NCBI GenBank assembly: GCA_963823665.1
Contig: CAWGMQ010000008.1
Location: 1,120,001-1,184,000, forward strand
Direction of reading: 5' to 3'
Origin: an uncultured Planctomycetota bacterium
GTDB lineage: Bacteria; Planctomycetota; Planctomycetia; Isosphaerales; Isosphaeraceae
Length of the DNA: 64,000 bases
The notes beneath the pieces were generated by a model. It saw only the letters and a list, made by a program, of their open reading frames with translations, searched no databases and was not told where the DNA came from. Numbering within the stretch: position 1 is the stretch's first letter; every line of letters starts with the position of its first letter. A program made the translations under genes and the position numbers. Shown piece by piece: positions 11,304 to 23,250 of the stretch.

Positions 11304-13951
11304 CACAATTCACTGACGACTGGGTCATTCCCTGGCTTGCGCTGCTTTGTGAATGGTCGATTCGCTGGGGCGTTCTGCTCGCGCTTCTCGCCGCGTGGTT
11401 CGCGGTGCATCCTCCGCGACGGGCCGCTGCACGCCATGTTCTCTGCTGGGCTGCTCTCGTGGCGGGGTTGCTGATTCCGGTTGCGCCGCGGTGGGGAGGA
11501 CTCCCGGTACCGAGGTGGAACATTGGAGCGCGGGAGGCAAGCGAGCCACCGATCCGAACTGTGAGCCTGCCGCAGATGCGGCAGGTTCAATCCGCTCGGC
11601 CCGCGATCGCGTCACAGGCATCTGATTTGTCGAACACTCCATTGCCGGTTGCTTCCGTTCATGCGACGTCAGTCTCGTTCAGTGGATTTCAGCTTGCGGC
11701 ACTGGCGATGGCTTCGGCGTGGGCATTCGGCGTCCTGATGTTGCTCATCCGTCTGGCCGGCGGCTGGCTGATGCTGGTGAGATTTAGCCGCGGGGCGGCC
11801 GAGATCGACGGGGAGTGTGACGCAATCTTCCTTGAGTGCACGGCAGCGATCGGGCTCTCTCGAGCCGTCCGGCTCGTCGCTCATCGTGCGATCGGCTCGC
11901 CGGTGGCATTTGGCTGCCTGGGTCCGCGAATCCTCGTACCGGCAGATTGGGCTAGCTGGCCTGAGGCACAGCGTCGCGCTTGTCTGCTCCATGAGCTGAC
12001 ACACCTCAAACGGCGGGATGACTGGTCCAAGCTGGCTCAGGAGCTGATTTCGGTTTTCTTCTTCTTCCATCCCCTGGTGCGCTGGCTGATCGCACGGCTC
12101 GACCGCGAACGCGAGTTGCTCTGCGACGAGGCGGTGGTTGCGCTGGGTACGGAGCCGGCGGGCTATGCTCGCATGCTGCTGGAAATGGCCAGACGGCCTG
12201 AACGAATCCTGGCGCTTCCCTCACGCGTTCCTTCCGCATTAATTCCCTTTGTAGGTCGCCGAACCGTCGCGATTCGCATCTCGCGACTGCTGGAGGATGA
12301 TATGTCGAATACGCTCTCTCGATCGTCGTTGTGTCGGTCGCTAATCCTGGGAGTTCTGGCGGCCATTGTTTCGCTCGCTGTGACGGGCGTTCGAATTCGC
12401 GCCGTGGAGCCGCAGGCGAGTGGGTCAATCGAAACGGGGGTTCTCACCCGCAAGATCGAGGGCCTGATCCTCGACCCCGATGGCAAACCGGCAGCCGACG
12501 CCACCGTGGTGGCGTGGATCGCCTATGCCGAGAAGAAGAGTCGCTCCGTGCTACGCAGCGATCAGAGCGGCAATTTCAGCTATTCGTTCCCCGATGGACC
12601 CGGCGTGATTCACTTCATTGCCTACAAGGAAGGTCTCGCACCCGGATTCCGGCAACAACCGATCGAAATGCTACACCAGGGCGATCGCCGTGACGGCAAA
12701 CTCGGTAGGATCAGCCGGTTCACAGCGATCGTCGTGGACAACGAGGGCAAGCCATTTCGTGATTCCAAGATCCGCGTCGAAGGGGTCGCGCATGTCAGTT
12801 CGAAGACGGACGGATCTCAGACCACGATCAGCTCGTCGTACGACTGGATCAGGCGCGAGATTCTCGCCGGAAGCCCGCTCGAGGGACTCCTTGAGACGAC
12901 AACCAACGCGGACGGCTCGTTCGTCTTCACGATGCTCGAGGAAGATTGCGGTCTCATGCTCGGCGCCGTCTCCGCTGACGGCCGCGGGTTTCGGATCAGG
13001 TCCAGGCGCCACTCGACGAATTCCGTCCACCGAGGAATTGAGCAAGAAGGATTCGTCATCGCGGAAGCCGGCGAAAAAGCTGAACTCGTCGCAATCCCTG
13101 AAGCTCGCGTCTCGGGCCGCGTCGTGACTTCACTCCCAGGCGTGCGCGTGGCGGGCCTGAAGGTGAGCTTCCAGTCCCCACACGTTTATCCCGGAATGAC
13201 CAATGTTTCGCCCGAGCACGTGTTGACCGACGCGGACGGACGGTTCAGCTTCACCGGTCTGAACGAAGGCTCGGTCAACATCTTCGTGGGGGGAAAGGGC
13301 GAAGAGGATTGGACCTATCGGGCAGCCAAGGACGTTCTTCTTACACCCGGTGAGACCTCACGCGTGACGATCGAGCTGATCCGAGGCGTCGTCGTCGAGG
13401 GAGCCGTCGTCGTCAAGGAGACCAATCAGCCGGCCCGAGGATTCACCGTCGGGGTCATCGGGCCGCTCCGTCCGAGCACGGGCGCGGCGACGACGAGGGT
13501 CAAGACCGACGGGCGCGGCCGCTACCGCGTGCGCCTGCCATCCGGCGAGACCGAGTTCTACGTCCCCGGTCCGGTGTTCGGAAAGATATCGCGCCTCACC
13601 ATTCCCATCCCCGAGGATCGCGCGACCTTCGAGATGCCCGTCATCTCCGTGGAGACCGACCCGACGATCCACGCAAAGGTGCTCGATGCCGATGGCCAGC
13701 CCTTCCCGGGTGCAACGGTTCTTGGCATCGACAAGAACGACGTGCTCGAGCCGTTTCTGGGCGCCGAGTACGTGACAGACGTTCGCGGCCGGTTCGTCCT
13801 GCCGAGTGAAGTGTACAAGCGAGCGGCAACCGGCAACCAAACCCGGCTCCGCATCCGCCTGCCCGACGGCGCCGAGCAAACCGCCATCATCTCCTTCGAA
13901 CCGGACAACTCGGTAGTTGTCCGGCTTGACCGAAGTCGCCAAGATCTCTAG
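11300..13951 (+). CDS. BlaR1-like M56 peptidase with carboxypeptidase-regulatory-like Ig repeats
   Basis: TM segments, HELTHLKRRD, FFFHPLVRW, ERELLCDE. C-terminal G.V.D.DG.P..GA.V / TDADGRF repeats. ATGA overlap with the BlaI gene. Confidence 0.9.
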   Translation: MTQFTDDWVIPWLALLCEWSIRWGVLLALLAAWFAVHPPRRAAARHVLCWAALVAGLLIPVAPRWGGLPVPRWNIGAREASEPPIRTVSLPQMRQVQSARPAIASQASDLSNTPLPVASVHATSVSFSGFQLAALAMASAWAFGVLMLLIRLAGGWLMLVRFSRGAAEIDGECDAIFLECTAAIGLSRAVRLVAHRAIGSPVAFGCLGPRILVPADWASWPEAQRRACLLHELTHLKRRDDWSKLAQELISVFFFFHPLVRWLIARLDRERELLCDEAVVALGTEPAGYARMLLEMARRPERILALPSRVPSALIPFVGRRTVAIRISRLLEDDMSNTLSRSSLCRSLILGVLAAIVSLAVTGVRIRAVEPQASGSIETGVLTRKIEGLILDPDGKPAADATVVAWIAYAEKKSRSVLRSDQSGNFSYSFPDGPGVIHFIAYKEGLAPGFRQQPIEMLHQGDRRDGKLGRISRFTAIVVDNEGKPFRDSKIRVEGVAHVSSKTDGSQTTISSSYDWIRREILAGSPLEGLLETTTNADGSFVFTMLEEDCGLMLGAVSADGRGFRIRSRRHSTNSVHRGIEQEGFVIAEAGEKAELVAIPEARVSGRVVTSLPGVRVAGLKVSFQSPHVYPGMTNVSPEHVLTDADGRFSFTGLNEGSVNIFVGGKGEEDWTYRAAKDVLLTPGETSRVTIELIRGVVVEGAVVVKETNQPARGFTVGVIGPLRPSTGAATTRVKTDGRGRYRVRLPSGETEFYVPGPVFGKISRLTIPIPEDRATFEMPVISVETDPTIHAKVLDADGQPFPGATVLGIDKNDVLEPFLGAEYVTDVRGRFVLPSEVYKRAATGNQTRLRIRLPDGAEQTAIISFEPDNSVVVRLDRSRQDL

Positions 13952-14091
13952 GGGAAATCCTTGCCCGATGGCCGATTGAGGGGGTACAGTTGGCAACAGA
14001 GACTTTGTCTCGGATGGCGCGCGAATTCGAGTTGCGCGGTTTGGGTTCGGATCGAGGCAATCCACTCGCACCCGGGGAGGCGTAATCGATC

Positions 14092-14805
14092 GTGGCTACG
14101 GTGTCAACCGGCTCGGTGCTGCTGGGGGATGAAAACGGGATGCCACCGCTTGAGGCGGGCGACCGGCTGACTCGCGCCGAGTTCGAGCGGCGGTACCTTG
14201 CAGCGCCGCAGGTAAAGAAGGCGGAGCTGCTCGAAGGGGTCGTCTACATGCCCTCACCGGTCCGGCTGCGCCGCCACGGACGCCCACACGCCCACTTGCT
14301 TGCCTGGCTGGTGCTGTACGAGGCGGGCACCATAGACGTATACGTGGGAGATAACGCCAGTACGCGCCTGGACCTGGACAACGAGCCCCAGCCGGACGCG
14401 ATCCTGCTTCTGGACCCGCTCAAGGGCGGTCAGGCTCGCATCGGGCCTGACGACTACGTCGAAGGCGCACCCGAGCTCGTCGCCGAGATCGCGTCGAGCA
14501 GCGTCAGCTATGATCTCGACGTGAAATTGAAGGTCTATCGCCGAAGCGGTGTGAAGGAGTACATCGTCTGGCGCGTCCTGGATCGCCAGATCGACTGGTT
14601 CTGCCTCAGAGACGGACAGTACGAACGAATGTCGCTGGATGATGCAGGCCTCTACAAGAGTGAGGTCTTTCCCGGCCTGTGGCTCGACGCGGCGGCCTTG
14701 GTGCAAGGCGATATCAAGACCGTCGTCGCCGCGCTCAATCGCGGTCTGGAAAGCGTCGAGCACGCCGGCTTCCTCGCCCGTTTGCAGTCACCCACCGGCG
14801 AGTGA
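14092..14805 (+). CDS. Uma2 family endonuclease
   Basis: KAELLEGVVYMPSP, EPQPD, GAPELVAEIA, KLKVYRRSGVKEYIVW. Confidence 0.92.
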   Translation: MATVSTGSVLLGDENGMPPLEAGDRLTRAEFERRYLAAPQVKKAELLEGVVYMPSPVRLRRHGRPHAHLLAWLVLYEAGTIDVYVGDNASTRLDLDNEPQPDAILLLDPLKGGQARIGPDDYVEGAPELVAEIASSSVSYDLDVKLKVYRRSGVKEYIVWRVLDRQIDWFCLRDGQYERMSLDDAGLYKSEVFPGLWLDAAALVQGDIKTVVAALNRGLESVEHAGFLARLQSPTGE

Positions 14806-14819
14806 CCGTCTCGAGTATC

Positions 14820-15930
14820 ATGCGCGAGCTCACTGCCCAGAACGCCGCCGAGTATCTCCGGGATTCCGGGCGAGTTCCTGGTGGCTTATCGATCAAGGTC
14901 CGTGAGCTGACTGGCGGCGTGTCCAATATCGTGCTCGCGCGGATATCTCCGGGCGCCCGCCGATCGTGATCAAACAATGCCGCGAGCGGCTGCGCGTGGC
15001 CATGGAATGGCACGCACGGCTGGAACGCATCTGGACCGAGCAGGCGGCGATGGAGCGGCTGGGTGCCATTCTGCCCGCGGGCACTGTTCCGCTCGTCGTA
15101 TTCGAAGACCGACCGAATTACCTTTTCGCCATGACATGCGCCCCAGACGATGCGGTCACCTGGAAGTCGCAGTTGATGGGCGGAACGCTTGATCCGGAAA
15201 TCGCCGTTCGATTGGGGATCATCCTGGCCATGATCCACGACAAGGCTCCGGGGCAACCGTCACTCACGGCGCAACTTTCGCGGAGCGAAAGGCGACAATG
15301 GACAATCCACGACACGGCTGCGGCGGGACCGTCACTCACGGGCATCCTCGCCGACACAAGCCTCTTCGACGAGCTTCGGGTCGACCCTTACTATCGGACC
15401 ATCGCGCGGGCGCATCGCCGATTTGAAACCACAGATTGATGCACTGATCGCCGCGATGGATCGGCCGGTTAAGGAGCGGACACTGGTGCTCGGGCGACTT
15501 CAGCCCCAAGAACATCCTGGTGCATCAACACGGGCTCATTTTGCTTGATTTCGAATGTGCCCATGCGGGCGACGCGGCATTCGACCTGGGGTTCTTTCTC
15601 ACGCATCTTCTGCTCAAGCGAATTCGTGCCGAGGCGATCGACCACCGACTGGCGCCGGAGATATACGGGCTCGCGACCACGTTCCTGGACACGTACCTGG
15701 ATCGACGCGTCATGGACGCAACGGCGCGCGCCGATTTGACGCATCGCAGCCATCGTGCATACGGCGGCTTGCTGCCTGGCCCGCGTGGATGGCAAGAGCC
15801 CAGTGGAATATCTCGACGTAGCGGGCCCAGGCCACGGCGCGTGCATTCGCCCGGGAGTCTCTTCGCACCGAGCCACGGACATGGGATGCTTTACTCGAGC
15901 AGCTCGACGAGGCAATCAAGAGGACGAACG
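14820..15930 (+). CDS. APH / methylthioribose-kinase-like phosphotransferase (multiple frameshifts; 3' end approximate)
   Basis: ELTGGVSNIV, IKQ.RERLRVAMEW, FDELRVDPYY, GDFSPKNILV (read across a frameshift), LLDFECAHAGDAAFDLGFFLTHL, LARVDGKSPVEYL, spread over ORFs 14966..15439, 15520.. and 15755.. Confidence 0.75.
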
Positions 15931-15931
15931 C

Positions 15932-17280
<1,349 letters not shown>

Positions 17281-17318
17281 CTCAGCCTGCTGTTCGGCAC
17301 TACTGGGCGATGAACGAC

Positions 17319-17457
17319 GTGGGTCAGGCTTTCAGGCTGACAGAGTGCGGAAGTCGGTTTTCCAAACGGTCAGCTTTGCGGCGCAATGAGTGAGAGAATC
17401 GTCAGGCTAAAGCCTGACCTACTTTGGCCAAAATCGTCAGGCTGAAGCCTGACCTAC
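17319..17457. repeat. Cluster of three GTAG-type REP palindromes
   Basis: GTGGGTCAGGCTTTCAGGCTGAC (17319, forward, degenerate), GTCAGGCTAAAGCCTGACCTAC (17401-17422) and GTCAGGCTGAAGCCTGACCTAC (17436-17457). The latter two read GTAG+palindrome on the minus strand. Confidence 0.8.
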
Positions 17458-17470
17458 TCGGGAGCTCGTC

Positions 17471-19294
17471 ATGGACGCGAGTGCATCCGCTGGTTACCTC
17501 CGCGACATGCACACCCTGTTTGACGCGGGCACGGTCAGCGGATTAACCGACCGGCAGCTCTTGCAGCGGTTCACGGGCGAGCGAGGCGCATCGGGTGACG
17601 CGGCATTTGAAGCGCTCGTGCTGCGGCACGGGCCGATGGTCATGCGGGTTTGCCGCAACGCGCTCGGGCAGGAACAAGCCGATCTCCACGACGCATTTCA
17701 GGCGACGTTTCTCGTGCTCGTTCGAAAGTGCAATTCGATTCGCAGGCTGGACTCGGTGGGAAGCTGGCTTTTCGGGGTGGCGACGCGGGTGGCTCGCCGC
17801 GCTCGAGTGGAAGCGGCTCGGCGACGCTCGGCCGAACTCCGGGGTGGGCTGCGAATCGCGGTGACCGCCGATCGTGGGGGTGATTCTACCGACATCCACG
17901 ACCTCGGGCCGCTGTTACAGGCTGAGGTCGAGCGGCTGCCGGAGCGGCTTCGGGCCGTGGTGATCTTGTGTTACTGGGAGGGGCTCACGCACGAGCAAGC
18001 GGCGGCGCGGCTCGGTTGCCCGCTGGGCACGGTGCGCAGCCGGGTGGCGCGGGCTCGTGGGTTGCTCCAACGCCGGCTTTCGCGGCGAGGACTCGAACCG
18101 GTGGCCGGAGTGATGCTCGCGGTCTTTGACTCGCCGGCTTTCTTGAAGGCGACTGCACTCGAGATTCCCGGCTCACTCGTCAACTCGACTGTCCAGATCG
18201 GCACGCAGGCCGCGACGGGCGCCTCGCTTGCACAGCTTACGTCACCTTTCATTGCGTCTCTGGTCCGAAACATTATCGGGAGCATGTTCATGACGAACGT
18301 GAAGACGATCGCTGCGTGTCTGTTGTTGATTGGTGCGGGTGCTTATGGTCTCACCCTTGCCGCACCCCAGGCCCAGCGCACCTCGCGGCCGAGACCGACA
18401 TCAGATGGCCCGCGGCGCCCCGCCGCCGGGAAATCCAAAGCTCAGCCCGCGCTGGAAGCTCTCGGCGACTATGTGGTTGAGCCTCCCGACACCTTGCTGA
18501 TCGAAGTCCTGGAAGCGCTGTCGGGACGGCCCATCTCGGGCGAGCGCCTGGTGCGGCCGGACGGCAAGATCTCGCTTGGATTCTACGGGGAGATCTATGT
18601 TGCAGGCCTGACGCTGGCGGAAATCAAAGAGAAGGTCATTCTTCACCTCAAACAATTCATCGGCCCACAAAAACTGGGGTTGGTCGCTCCACCATCGGAG
18701 GTCCGTGAGGGCGAGTTCAATTCCAGGATGGAAGCGGGGAAGCCCATCGCCCCGCGGGATTCGAACCTAGTGTTCGTTGAATTGGCGAAGTCCAACAGCA
18801 AGTTTTATTACCTTCAAGGGGCGTTTGTCATACCCGGCCGCGTGCCGGTGACGGGACGGGAGCGGATTCTCGACGCCGTCAACAAGGCGGGAGGTCTCGC
18901 TCCCGAGGCAGACAGCAATCAGGTCTTCCTTTACCGCGTGGGCTCGAACGAAGGGCGCCTCAAGACACTGAAAATCGACATCGATCAGATCACCTTGGGC
19001 GATGACCTGTCGACGAACTACCAGCTCATCCCCGGTGACCGGTTGGTCGTCCGACGGCGAGCAGGCAGCCTTCCGGAAACGGAAGAGAAGCTGGCGGAGC
19101 CGTCGGAGGAGGTCGCACCGCAGCCGTCTCGTCCTGACGGCGATTCCGACCGGCCGCAAGCGACGGACGACTCAGCGAGCAAAGCCGCGCCGGGCGGTGT
19201 CATCGAAACCCTGCACCGATTTGACAAGCGATTGGGCGAAGTCGAGCGCAAGCTCGGTTTGATTCTCGAGGCACTTGGATCCACGCGGCGTTAA
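17471..19294 (+). CDS. ECF sigma factor - TM - polysaccharide export (Wza-like Poly_export+SLBB) fusion, copy 1
   Basis: Sigma: [72 protein letters not shown]. Then [53 protein letters not shown]. Confidence 0.88.
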   Translation: MDASASAGYLRDMHTLFDAGTVSGLTDRQLLQRFTGERGASGDAAFEALVLRHGPMVMRVCRNALGQEQADLHDAFQATFLVLVRKCNSIRRLDSVGSWLFGVATRVARRARVEAARRRSAELRGGLRIAVTADRGGDSTDIHDLGPLLQAEVERLPERLRAVVILCYWEGLTHEQAAARLGCPLGTVRSRVARARGLLQRRLSRRGLEPVAGVMLAVFDSPAFLKATALEIPGSLVNSTVQIGTQAATGASLAQLTSPFIASLVRNIIGSMFMTNVKTIAACLLLIGAGAYGLTLAAPQAQRTSRPRPTSDGPRRPAAGKSKAQPALEALGDYVVEPPDTLLIEVLEALSGRPISGERLVRPDGKISLGFYGEIYVAGLTLAEIKEKVILHLKQFIGPQKLGLVAPPSEVREGEFNSRMEAGKPIAPRDSNLVFVELAKSNSKFYYLQGAFVIPGRVPVTGRERILDAVNKAGGLAPEADSNQVFLYRVGSNEGRLKTLKIDIDQITLGDDLSTNYQLIPGDRLVVRRRAGSLPETEEKLAEPSEEVAPQPSRPDGDSDRPQATDDSASKAAPGGVIETLHRFDKRLGEVERKLGLILEALGSTRR

Positions 19295-19325
19295 CCACGG
19301 GCGAAGCGCGGAGAAGGAGCGAGCG

Positions 19326-21272
19326 ATGCCGGGAACTGCACCAACTGACTACCTCCGCGACATGCACACGCTCTTCGACGCGGGCACAGTCAGCGGACTA
19401 ACCGACCGCCAGCTCTTGCAGCGGTTCACGGGCGAGCGAGGCCCGTCGGCTGAGGCGGCCTTTGAAGCGCTCGTGCTCCGGCATGGGCCGATGGTCATGC
19501 GGGTTTGCCGCAACGCATTGGGACAGGAGCAGGCGGAAATCCAGGATGCGTTCCAGGCGACGTTTCTCGTGCTCGTCCGAAAGTGCAAGTCGATTCGCCG
19601 GCTGGACTCGGTGGGGAGCTGGCTCTTCGGGGTGGCGACGCGGGTGGCTCGCCGCGCTCGGGTGGAAGCGGCCCGGCGGCGCTCGGCCGAACTTCAGGGC
19701 GGGCTGCGAATCGCGGCGACCGCTGATCGTGGGAGTGATTGCACCGACATCCAGGATCTCGGGCCGCTGTTACAGGCCGAGGTCGAGCGGCTGCCGGAAC
19801 GCCTTCGAGCCGTGGTGATTTTGTGCTACTGGGAGGGCCTCACGCACGAGCAAGCGGCGGCGCGGCTGGGCTGCCCACTGGGTACGGTGCGCAGCCGGGT
19901 GGCGCGTGCTCGCGGTCTGCTTCATCGCCGGCTCTCGCGGCAGGGACTCGAGCCGGTGGCCGGCGTGATGCTCGCGGCGATTGACTCGCCGGCGTTCTTG
20001 AAGGCGGGAGCTTTGGAGATTCCCGGCTCACTCGTCAGCTCGACTGTCCTGATCGCGAAGCAGGCGGCGGCTGGGGCCTCGCTCGCACAGCTCACGTCAC
20101 CTTCCATTGCGTCTCTAGTCCAAAAAGTCATTGGGAGCATGTTCATGACGAAAGTGAAGTCGATCGTTGCGTGTTTCTTGTTGATCGGTGCGGGTGCTTA
20201 TGGGCTCACGCTGGCGGCGCCCCAGGCCCAGCAGCGCACCCGGAGGGCGGCACCGGCGTCCGACGCCTCGCGGCGGCCGGCAGCCGTGAAATCGAAGGCT
20301 CAGCCCCCGCTTCGCGTGATGAGCGAGTACGTTGTCGAGCCACCAGACCTCCTGTTGGTTGAGGTGCTGGAAGCGCTGCCGGGTCGGCCCATTTCGGGCG
20401 AGCGCCTGGTGCGGCCGGACGGCAAGATCTCACTCGGGTTTTACGGCGATGTGTACGTCGCTGGTCTGAGCGTACCGCAAGTCAAGGAGAAGATCATTCT
20501 GCATCTCAGAAAATACCTGCCGGATTCGCAACTGGGCCTGGTTGTCGAGGATGAGGCAGAAGAGGAGGCGCCTGCGGTGGCGGCGCCATCCGAGCGAACG
20601 AACCCTTTTGAGCAGAGCCCTCCGCCACAGTCGAAATCCGAAAAAAGGAAATCCACGGATCCGACTCCGCCCGTCCCGTCCAGCGAGCGCAAGACCCGCA
20701 TCGAACCGAAGGATAGCGACCGCGTCTTCGTCGATGTCACGGCCTACAACAGCAAGGTTTACTATACTCAGGGGGAGGTATTCACGACCGGACGCCTTCC
20801 CATCACGGGACGAGAGAGAGTACTCGACGCGATCGATTTTGCCGGCGGCTTGACGCCGGATGCCGACCACGAGCAAGTCTTCCTCTACAGACAGCCTGCC
20901 GACGGAGGTCCGGTACACACCTTGAAGATCGACATCGACGAGATCATGCTCGGGGATGACGTTTCGACCAATTATCAGCTCGATCCCGGAGACCGGCTGG
21001 TCGTTCGGAGACGTGAGAATCCCGTTCGTGAACAGCAAGGATCCGCGCCGCGACCATCGACGACCACTTCGCGGCCGATCGGCGAACAGCTCCACTTCAA
21101 CCGCGAGACAGATACCTTGGACAAACCGGCGGGGCCAGAGCCGAGACGACTGGATAGCCGTGGAGAGAACCCTGCGTTACTTCGGCTCGAGAGACGAATG
21201 ACGGATCTCGAGCAGAAGCTCGATCGGAAGCTGGACCTGATCCTGGAGGCGATTGGGAAACCGGCGCGTTAG
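19326..21272 (+). CDS. ECF sigma - TM - Wza-like fusion, copy 2
   Basis: Same architecture as copy 1. AAGGAG SD before ATG 19326. Confidence 0.88.
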   Translation: MPGTAPTDYLRDMHTLFDAGTVSGLTDRQLLQRFTGERGPSAEAAFEALVLRHGPMVMRVCRNALGQEQAEIQDAFQATFLVLVRKCKSIRRLDSVGSWLFGVATRVARRARVEAARRRSAELQGGLRIAATADRGSDCTDIQDLGPLLQAEVERLPERLRAVVILCYWEGLTHEQAAARLGCPLGTVRSRVARARGLLHRRLSRQGLEPVAGVMLAAIDSPAFLKAGALEIPGSLVSSTVLIAKQAAAGASLAQLTSPSIASLVQKVIGSMFMTKVKSIVACFLLIGAGAYGLTLAAPQAQQRTRRAAPASDASRRPAAVKSKAQPPLRVMSEYVVEPPDLLLVEVLEALPGRPISGERLVRPDGKISLGFYGDVYVAGLSVPQVKEKIILHLRKYLPDSQLGLVVEDEAEEEAPAVAAPSERTNPFEQSPPPQSKSEKRKSTDPTPPVPSSERKTRIEPKDSDRVFVDVTAYNSKVYYTQGEVFTTGRLPITGRERVLDAIDFAGGLTPDADHEQVFLYRQPADGGPVHTLKIDIDEIMLGDDVSTNYQLDPGDRLVVRRRENPVREQQGSAPRPSTTTSRPIGEQLHFNRETDTLDKPAGPEPRRLDSRGENPALLRLERRMTDLEQKLDRKLDLILEAIGKPAR

Positions 21273-21347
21273 GTTGTCTTTCGCGGGTCACTGCGGAAGT
21301 TGGGTTGCTTGAGGGTCAGCTTTGCGACGCGGCAGAATGAGAAAATC

Positions 21348-21369
21348 GTCAGGCTAAAGCCTGACCTAC
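21348..21369. repeat. GTAG-type REP palindrome, same family as 17401-17422
   Basis: GTCAGGCTAAAGCCTGACCTAC, identical to the 17401 copy, 12 bp before the copy-3 start. Confidence 0.8.
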
Positions 21370-21381
21370 TGGGAACTCCTG

Positions 21382-23205
21382 ATGAACGCCAGCGCATCCG
21401 GCGGCTACCTCCGCGACATGCACACGCTTTTCGATGGGGGCACGGTTAGCGGATTATCGGACCGGCAGCTCTTGCAGCGGTTCACGGGCGAGCAAGGCGC
21501 ATCGGCTGAGGCGGCCTTTGAAGCGCTCGTGCTGCGGCACGGGCCGATGGTGATGCGGGTTTGCCGCAATGCACTGGGGCAGGAGCAGGCGGAAATCCAT
21601 GATGCGTTCCAGGCGACTTTTCTCGTGCTCGTTCGAAAGTGCAAGTCGATTCGGCGGCTAGACTCGGTGGGGAGCTGGCTCTTCGGGGTCGCGACGCGTG
21701 TGGCTCGCCGCGCTCGGGTGGAAGCGGCTCGGCGGCGCTCGGCCGAACTCCGGGGTGGGCTGCGCATCGCGGCAACTGCTGAACATAGGAGTGATCATCC
21801 CTCCGACATCCAGGATCTCGGGCCGCTGTTACAGGCTGAGGTCGAGCGGCTGCCGGACCGGCTTCGGGCCGTCGTGATACTGTGCTACTGGGAGGGACTC
21901 ACGCACGAGCAAGCGGCGGCGCGGCTGGGCTGCCCGCTGGGGACGGTGCGCAGCCGGGTGGCGCGGGCTCGGGGCGTGCTCCATCGCCGGCTTTCGCGGC
22001 GGGGACTCGAGCCGGTGGCCGGTGTGATGCTTGCGGCGTTTGAGTCGCCGGCCTTTTTGAAGGCGGGTGCGCTGGAGATTCCCGCTGCGCTCGTCAACTC
22101 GACCGTCCAGATCGCCGAGCAGGCGGCCGGCGGGTCGCTCGCTCAACTCGCCTCTCCGTCGATCATCGCCCTCGTGCGGAAAGTCATCGGGAGCATGTTC
22201 ATGGCAAAATTGAGAACGGTTGCTTTTTCCATGTTGCTGATCGGGGCAGGGGCATATGGGCTCACGCTGGCCGTGGCCCAGATCGAGGGCATGCGCAGGA
22301 GCCGGCGCGATCCCGCATTCATGTTTACGTCCGCGAACTCGAAAGCTCAGCCGCCGTGGAAGGTGATCGATGAATACGTGGTCGATCCGCCTGACCTCAT
22401 ACTCGTCGAGCTGCTCGAAGGCCTTCCCGGCCGCCCAATTTCGGGCGAGCGGCTGGTGCGACCCGACGGCAAGATCTCTCTGGGGTGGTACGGCGATGTC
22501 TACGTTGCCGGTCTCACCGTGTTGCAAATCAAGGAAAAGATCGTCCTTCACCTTCGCAAGTTCCTGCACGACGAACAACTGGGCCTGATCAAGGCGGACG
22601 ATGAGACCGGAGAGTTGATGACAGATGCCAACGGTGAGCCCATCCTCCTCGATCCCAAGGAATCCGACCGCGTGTTTGTGGATGTGACAGCCTATAACAG
22701 CAAGAACTACTACGTGCAGGGAGAATTCGCGACGCTGGGAAAACTGCCGATCACGGGACAGGAGCGAGTGCTCGACGCCATCAGTTATTCGAACGGCCTG
22801 ACCTCAAGCGCTGACCACGACCAAGTCTTCCTGTACCGACAGCCTGCCGATGGCGGGCCGGCGCAAACCTTGAAGATCGATGTTGACCAGATCATGCTCG
22901 GTGACGACCTTTCCACCAACTATCAGCTTCTACCCGGCGACAGGCTGGTGGCGCGGACTCGCGGGGGCGACACGCGTGAACCTGAACACCCGGCGCCGCG
23001 AAAATCGCCCCTCGAATCGAAGGCCGCGCCTGACTCTGACCCGATACGGCGTTCAGACACTTCAGGAAAACCAGCAACACCGGACGCCGGTAGACCGCCA
23101 AGAGGTTCAGAGAGCCCTCCGCTCCTGCGTCTCGAGAAGCGCGTCGCGGACATGGAGCGAAAGCTAGACCAGATTCTCGAGTCGCTGCGTGCCCAGGCTC
23201 ATTGA
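21382..23205 (+). CDS. ECF sigma - TM - Wza-like fusion, copy 3
   Basis: Same architecture, with C-terminal [17 protein letters not shown]. Confidence 0.88.
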   Translation: MNASASGGYLRDMHTLFDGGTVSGLSDRQLLQRFTGEQGASAEAAFEALVLRHGPMVMRVCRNALGQEQAEIHDAFQATFLVLVRKCKSIRRLDSVGSWLFGVATRVARRARVEAARRRSAELRGGLRIAATAEHRSDHPSDIQDLGPLLQAEVERLPDRLRAVVILCYWEGLTHEQAAARLGCPLGTVRSRVARARGVLHRRLSRRGLEPVAGVMLAAFESPAFLKAGALEIPAALVNSTVQIAEQAAGGSLAQLASPSIIALVRKVIGSMFMAKLRTVAFSMLLIGAGAYGLTLAVAQIEGMRRSRRDPAFMFTSANSKAQPPWKVIDEYVVDPPDLILVELLEGLPGRPISGERLVRPDGKISLGWYGDVYVAGLTVLQIKEKIVLHLRKFLHDEQLGLIKADDETGELMTDANGEPILLDPKESDRVFVDVTAYNSKNYYVQGEFATLGKLPITGQERVLDAISYSNGLTSSADHDQVFLYRQPADGGPAQTLKIDVDQIMLGDDLSTNYQLLPGDRLVARTRGGDTREPEHPAPRKSPLESKAAPDSDPIRRSDTSGKPATPDAGRPPRGSESPPLLRLEKRVADMERKLDQILESLRAQAH

Positions 23206-23250
23206 CCCAGAACGTGTGCAGCAGACGGAACTGAATCGTTTGACGGGAAT

